A stretch of 56,754 bases of DNA, the filler included, from Basidiobolus ranarum (Eukaryota), in the NCBI GenBank assembly GCA_040143965.1. It is 2 parts of 2 records of this genome, joined end to end, with 100 filler letters (N's around TTAATTAATTAA, not from the genome) between each part and the next. Parts side by side here need not be neighbours in the genome. Positions count along the whole stretch, not along the records: positions 28,481 to 56,754 come from JASJQH010000117.1; 1 more part is not named here. The stretch is one strand, 5' to 3'. This document shows positions 50,294 to 56,754 of the stretch, one piece after another. The notes beneath the pieces were generated by a model. That model was not told the origin of the DNA and ran no database searches. It saw only the letters and a program-made list of their open reading frames with translations. The position numbers and the translations under genes were made by a program. Position 1 is the stretch's first letter, and each line of letters opens with the position of its first letter.

Positions 50294-50650
50294 TTAGATG
50301 TGATTATTGCTGGAATTCAGTTTGGATTTATCCTCAATATCACACACTTGGTCGCCATCCTTCGAACCTAGGAAATCGTGTTGAAATGTTCGCGTAGGAT
50401 TGTTGTCTGCAGTATGAGCAATGCCAATGAATGGGTTCTCGTTTTCTTCGCTAAACATTAGTGTCAGTAATTACTCTGTGACATATATGGCTCTATTTCG
50501 AAGCACTAACCTTTCGCCTTCATTCTGTCCATAGTTAAGATGTCTGGAAGAGTCGTATTGGCCCTTGTAAGAGCCGTTACCGACTGTTCCTCCAGAGTAA
50601 GCATTGGAGACGGTGTCGTGAGCGTCTTTAGATGGGTTGATACCTGACAT
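50294..50650 (-). CDS. Small hydrophilic protein (98 aa, 2 exons), unknown function
   Basis: Exons 50650-50511 and 50450-50294 are joined by a 60-nt GTTAGT..TTTAG intron, giving a 297-nt open frame MSGINPSKDAHD...NNHI*. Confidence 0.65.
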
Positions 50651-52298
50651 GGTGTTAATTTGTCGGTGTTTCTGTAGTTCCTTGGAGGTATTTATGTCTT
50701 CTTCATCCCAGGCGCGACAGTCATCCTATCATCATCTGGAACAGCATGACATCATCGAAGCTGGCCAGTGTATGTTGTTTGTTTTCGAAATGGTTAACCC
50801 ATGTTCTTCATAGCTCTATCGATCTAACAATCATACCATCAAATGAGACGTGAGACTTATCCGCCGCAGCACCAGTTTGGATGAATCATAAGAGTACACT
50901 TTACATGTTCTGCATTGCTCTGAAACATAGCAATTCAGCTGCACACTCTCACAGGATTGAGCTTGTCAGAGCTGGAACCATATTACAGTATGATGATGGT
51001 GGCAGCACTAAAACCATCTAGAGGTAGGATGCTCCCTTGATGTAAGCCAATATTGCTGTTTAATCGTGTAGCTGGCCAGGAGGCAGACCCGCTGTCAATG
51101 TAATCGATTATTAGCTCTGATCGGCCCTCAGTTGATGGTGTATGAGTCGAGTGTTCCAAAGTAAATATTTGGAACGGTGCATTCCTCTCCCAATCAGTAG
51201 ACACCTTAACAGCGTGCCAGAGTTTCCTGTCCACATAACGTCAAGAGCGGCAAGTAGGTCAGCTCCAAAGTTTCTCAAGCACTTCGAAGTTTCATACATG
51301 ATTGGTTTCTCGAGTTCCAGGTAGTTTAATTTCGGTCATAACCTGGTCATAGATTGACAACTGGGGGGGGGATAAAACGCTCGATATTCAGTATAAAAAT
51401 TTGCATTAATTTTCAGAATCCCATATTTTCAAAGGGCTTATTTGAATAAATTAATTGATTTTCCATTGACTCAATTGGCAGGAATGACCTCAAGTTGTGT
51501 AATACTGAGGAAGGCGGTTTACTATGTTGATTATTCAATGAAGTTGAGCTCTAGCATAAACTCGAATAGGTAGCCCCCATACCCACTTGCCCCAGTTGCC
51601 ATAATACTTACAACAGATGTTATAAGCGCTGATAGAGTTCAATGAACAGATATTCTCAAAGATTGAGGCTGTCCATGCCAATATAACAGTGTTTAGAGGA
51701 CTGCAATATACCTATATGTCTTCCTTTTAGAAACCTCCACAGGCAGCCCCGTAGCTGGAGAATCCTTAGGTCGATGAGCTTATTATGACATTCCAACGAA
51801 ACCCCGCCTCTTTTCATCAATCAGCATACTCGGAAGAGCCCCAACTCGCAAATGAACCAAATCACTATGCTATTGTGTTGTAAAGCAAAGTGAATCTGAC
51901 AGTGTGATTTATGAGATATAATTCTCACCATCGAAAGACCATCTGATTGTAATATTCCTGATATTTAAAGTGGTATATTAATAGATGGCCAAGTGATTCA
52001 GATGATTGTAGATTTATGCAAGAACTTTTTCATAGTGTATATTGGTCAATATATTTCATAGATCTCGTCTTGCAATAATCTCGTACTTGTGCCAGCAATT
52101 TAAGTTTGCACCACTTTCTACTTAGTGTTAGCGGAATAGGCCAATTGGAATGAAATGATACATTCAATTTTTTATCGAAAGTGGTAGTCAAGAATAGAAT
52201 CTCCAATTCACTAGTGTCACAAAAAAATTACGAATATCTCTAGCATTCAGAGGTTTACAGTCTTCGACAAATATATGCTATCAACTTGTTAATAAGGG

Positions 52299-54064
52299 AT
52301 GCTGAAAGTGAGACCAGTATTATTGGGAAGTTCCCTCAGAGTAAGTCTTGCTATTCGAGAGGGAATTTCTCGTCACAGAGTCCTTCATTTGCGTAGAGAT
52401 GTTGCTCGTTTCACCTCTTCAACAAATAACACCACCGCTCCAAATGACTCTAAAATTAAAGATAGTGCTCAGGTAGAGGAGGAGCTCAAAAAAATTCTAG
52501 AGGATAATAAAACCGCCATGAATAAACTGGCTGAAGTCGAGACGCATGCAAAACCATCTATAGGTACTGAGCAACAGTTATCCTCAATGTCGAAAAATTC
52601 ATTAGAAAACAATTTCAACTTGAATACAAAGAAGAGCTTTGATGAAGTTTTCCTTCAGCTTCAAAAGCATCCTTTATTTGGGAAAATTAGAGGACATATC
52701 CCTGAAAACGTCACCAATGGAGAGCTCACTAAATTGATACAAGATCCTTTCTTAAAAATCAACGGTTATTGGACTGAGCTCACAGCTACCCCTCCTAAAG
52801 AGAGACTTGTCAAGATAGGGAAAATTATCAACGACGTAACCGGATACAGTGCTGTTGAAAAGCTTAAAAACAAAGTGATTCAAGCTGGTAAGTTTCATCA
52901 TTTTCAAAAACATATGCTATCAGTATGCTTATGAAACGGGTTTAAAACACAGAGAAGAACTTAGTAATCGCTAAAGACCAATTGGAGGAGGTGAAACTAG
53001 CATATGAAAAATCTATAGAAGAGAGAGCTACTTGTCAACGAGATATCAATAGTCTTCTGCAAAGGAAGCATACATGGAGTGACGCAGATGTGGTGAAGTT
53101 CACCAGCCTCTATCGTACAGAACATATCAACGAGCAAGCAGAACAAGCTGCGAAGATCAAGTTCAAAGAATTTGAGAAAAACGTAGATCATCAGCACAAT
53201 GAACTTGTCGATGCTATTCGAATGCGGTACCATGAAGAACAAATATGGAGTGATAAGATCCGTGGAGCCTCCACTTATGGCACTTGGACTCTAATGGGAA
53301 TTCATGTGTGTCTGTTTATTCTGGTTCAAACAATATTTGAACCGAAAAAACGTCGTCGACTTCAAGAACATTTCGATAAAAAGCTTTCTGAGACCTCAGA
53401 GGAAGAGCAACTGGCATTGTCCAAGCAAGTTCAGCCCGTAATGTCTGCTATTGATGATCAGCAAGCTCGAATTGATAACCTTGTTGAGGAGTATTCAAAG
53501 CTCCAGAACGAGCTTAAAACCCTTGCATCATACATATCGCCCAACAATGAACCTACATATCAGCCTATGCTTGATTACATAGAGCCTCTATCTCCTCCAC
53601 CCAGGTTGGGCTATAATGATCCGAGTCCCGAAACAGTTGATGCAGTCCCCAACGAACCAAATTTACCCGGCCTATCTTCCTCACCATTGGCTTTGAATTC
53701 GGCTGATAAACTCCAGGATGTAGATAATGCTTTCGTTGCAGAAACTCAAGCCATATCTGAAGAACAAATGGAACCTATGAAAGATGATCACCAATCTGCA
53801 AATGATTACTCACCAAATACCGTGTCCACAGAAGATCTTTTGTTAGATGAGCCGATAATGAGTGAGAGTCTGAATAGTCAAGTCGATGTTGAACCTTCTC
53901 CCGTCCATACAGAGCCTTCGACATTGTCATGGGTGGTTGGTTCTTTTTACAACCCCCATGCAACTTACCAATATACTCAGAAAGATGTGACATTGCTGAC
54001 ATTGGAAAGTGCAGTAGCGGGTAGTCTGATTACCGCTATAATCGCTTATCTTTTAAACAGATAG
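52299..54064 (+). CDS. SHE9: Mitochondrial inner-membrane protein She9/Mdm33, 2 exons
   Basis: NDVTGYSAVEKLK, QRDINSLLQRKHTWS and RYHEEQIWSDKIRGASTYGTW...FEPKKRRRL. Confidence 0.93.
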
Positions 54065-54389
54065 ATACCTGTATTTCATCTATTTAACGGCAACCATTGT
54101 TGCTTCATTCATCAGCAATCATTCTTTTCCTCAATAAACAATCAAGACTTGGCATCATTTTAAAATTTGTTGAAACCTTATTCGTTACTCCTATCAATTT
54201 TCATTATCGGATGACCAATTTTAGGATCATATCCACCCAAGTAATTACTAGCAAATATCAGGTTTAAACATGGGGATCTTTATTCAAGATCACATGACTT
54301 TTTTTCGATACCTCGATGAGGTCTAATTTATGTTTGGACGAAAACGCAAGGTTTGACTCCTCCTCTTTGGCTGCACGTTATCGTTAACC

Positions 54390-54805
54390 ATGGTAAGCTA
54401 TCTGCTTTTAATTCACTATGCATCCATCGTGATATCATGATGAACTATAAAGATTCCATCAGTATATGGATCCACGCATTGAGTCGGCTGTTGCGCAGTT
54501 TTTCACCACAATTGTAATGTTATTCTGACTTGCATATATGGAGACCTTGAGTGTTGCCTTGTACTGATGGCGAGGCTTTAAGGGCAGATTCGATGTCATG
54601 ATGGTGAACCAACACGTCGAATTGGTTTATTAACTTTTCATATTTCTTCTAGCCCTCCCAGAAGTCTTTCAAGATCAAGCGCATTCTTGGCAAGAAGCAA
54701 AAGCAAAACAGACCCATCCCCCACTGGATCCGTTTGAGAACTGATAACAAGATCAGATACAACGCCAAGCGTAGACACTGGCGTCGTACCAAGTTGGGTC
54801 TTTAA
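54390..54805 (+). CDS. RPL39: 60S ribosomal protein eL39; ATG-only first exon and 260-nt intron
   Basis: [51 protein letters not shown]. Confidence 0.96.
54424..54570 (+). ncRNA. Candidate intronic box C/D snoRNA
   Basis: Box C ATGATGA at 54437-54443 and CTGA at 54525 and 54564, with complementary CCATC/GATGG ends, inside an unusually long ribosomal-protein intron. Confidence 0.45.
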
Positions 54806-55351
54806 ACTTATCCAACACGCCTGTTTCTGGGAAGTGGATTCTTTTCACAGCCATTACTCATTTTGCCATGTATTGTGGGTCCAAATTGGATCGCTTTGAT
54901 TATATGGTGATCCACGAAAAATGTTTAGAGTGAATTTTTTTGCCTTATAAAAATAAAGTAAACATCAATGACTCTAAACTATCTTGCTTCTAACTTATCT
55001 TTCACTTGACCTTACTTGGGAAGAGTTTTCCTTACCACTAACGTTCTACATATACTGTATGGAATTTTGCTGATATTTCCCATCAGAACAATAATAATAT
55101 GGTGGATATGTTTGTTGTGATCACGGCAACATAGCTTCTGGCTAGTAGCCAGTATTGTTTGAATAAACGAGACAACGAACGTATACATAACTCTTCAAAT
55201 CAATGATTTGGAATGAATTATTATGGAATCAAAATTTTCTTTTTAATCTACATACGAATAAATATTGAAAAACAACGTCTATTTAGATTTAGTTCATTCG
55301 ATTTTTTTGTAGTCCTTTCAAACCCAAAGAAAGTAAACACATCTATATACG

Positions 55352-56754
55352 ATGCAAGCATTCGGACATCAGCCTGCTGGAAACAAAATCTCTAAAGTCC
55401 GTTGGGAAAATGGTCAAAATTTCACCGATAGAGAGTTGTTATTTGCCACCGGTTCTTGGGATGAAGGAAAGGTATTTGAAGCCCATTACACTGCTGTCAA
55501 ATACCAGATTTAACCTTATTCGTTGAACGCTAATACGTGTTATTAGGATAATTTACTAAAACTTTGGAGTTGTGAGGCCCCTGGTGTTCCAAGAATGGAT
55601 GTTAAGGAATATAAAGCAGTGGAACAAACTCGTATTCAACATTCTGGAGATGTTACAGATATTCACGTATGTCTTTTTTATGGAACTCATTTTCACAACT
55701 TATCTAAACCGAATAGAACCAACCTTCGTTTAAAAATGGAAACTTTATTTTTTTTAGTTTTTAGAGGATGAACTGCTTATTACCGCTTCTTCCTTCGGCT
55801 CCGTTAACCTTTTCAAAATACAGAAAGACCAAGAGGTAGTCACCATTCACTATCCTAAGCTATTTCACTATACTTCCTCTAGTAACCCCTTACGTTGAAA
55901 TTAGGCCGAGAAAATTGAATATACTTTGGAGCATCGCAAAACTTTACCTTTACACAAATACACTACTGGCGGAACTGCGTCATGCACAGGAATCGCCATT
56001 CAACCCTTCTCTGGAAATGGTGGAGATATTGTAAGTTGTGGTGAAGATGGAAAAATCAACCTATTCAGCATTGATGAAGAGAGCCCTAGGGAAACTATAG
56101 GTTAGTAAAACTATATTTTTTTATCCTCATCCCTCATTAAATACTGAACCCTACGTAGCTGCCGATGGAATGGCATTAAACAGTATTGCTTGGATCTCGT
56201 CTCACCTTATTGTAAGTGTTCAAGTCAGTTAAACTACTCATTTTGTGGTTCTAACAAACTCGTTGCATTCCATAGGCCACCACTACTAATGGAGGTCAGC
56301 TTAAACTCTACGATATCAGAGATCTCCGTAAACCTAGCGCCATCTATAGCGAGTAAGTCACTTGGATCGCTAAATAACCAGTCAAAAAAGCCTCTGACTA
56401 AGATGTTTTCTCTAGTTCTTCTAACCCAAATGTTGCTTTAACTTGCATGGCGATTCATCCGTCTCAGGTATTTCCCCTCTCCCATGCTAACCAATGACAT
56501 CCCATAATACTAACATACCAACAGGCCAATAAACTTTGTACTGGTAGTGCTAACGGCCATATCACCACCTGGGACATAAGAAATCAAGAGATTCCCGAAT
56601 CTAACCCCTTCTCTGTTCATTCGTCTTATGGTAAGATAGCATTCCCATCTTTCAAATTACTTTATCTAATGGATGAGGTAATAGATCCAGCCATGCTATA
56701 AAAGTAAATGGTCATCAATGGTATTGGGATTATCAATATTCTGATTACGTAGAC
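55352..56754 (+). CDS. NUP43: WD40 nucleoporin Nup43, multi-exon, 3'-truncated by the window end
   Basis: KISKVRW...FATGSWDE, HSGDVTD|FLEDELLITASSFGSV, SCTGI, IVSCGEDGKINLF and GQLKLYDIR match my recollection of animal Nup43 motifs. Confidence 0.8.

Noticed and set aside
13064-53242. Antisense and alternate-frame ORFs overlapping recognised genes
   Set aside because: They are shadow ORFs of real coding sequence with no independent motifs.
54489-54507. U14 domain-A-like CGCAGTTT in the RPL39 intron
   Set aside because: Only ~8 nt match, and U14 domain B is absent.

Overview
Eukaryotic, fungal DNA with low GC and short GT-AG introns. The gene content (Nup43, LAMTOR1, animal-type HPRT, CREB-like bZIP, fungal HIS7/OLE1/SHE9) points to an early-diverging fungus (Zoopagomycota/Mucoromycota; Basidiobolus-like is only my inference). 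An artificial N44-TTAATTAATTAA-N44 spacer at 28381-28480 joins two pieces whose adjacency is not established. The first ~14.4 kb is an accessory-looking block of repeats and decayed coding sequence. It holds three intronless genes: a soluble catalytic-domain-only class I HMG-CoA reductase, a divergently transcribed 6-Cys small secreted protein separated from it by a ~0.7-0.8 kb diverged tandem duplication, and a secreted amidase. After it come a GPCR-like gene, a 3R-Myb gene, a CREB-like bZIP, a LOTUS-like/low-complexity protein, mitochondrial rhomboid and p23/Sba1. Right of the spacer lie the HIS7 3' end, a Yap-like bZIP, an HSL-family lipase, HPRT, a 2-Cys peroxiredoxin, OLE1, a TMEM41/DedA protein, LAMTOR1, TRM112, an unannotated 98-aa two-exon gene, SHE9, RPL39 (long intron with C/D-box motifs) and a 3'-truncated NUP43. 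I saw no rRNA, intact tRNA or CRISPR. All family calls come from motif recognition by eye, not from database searches.
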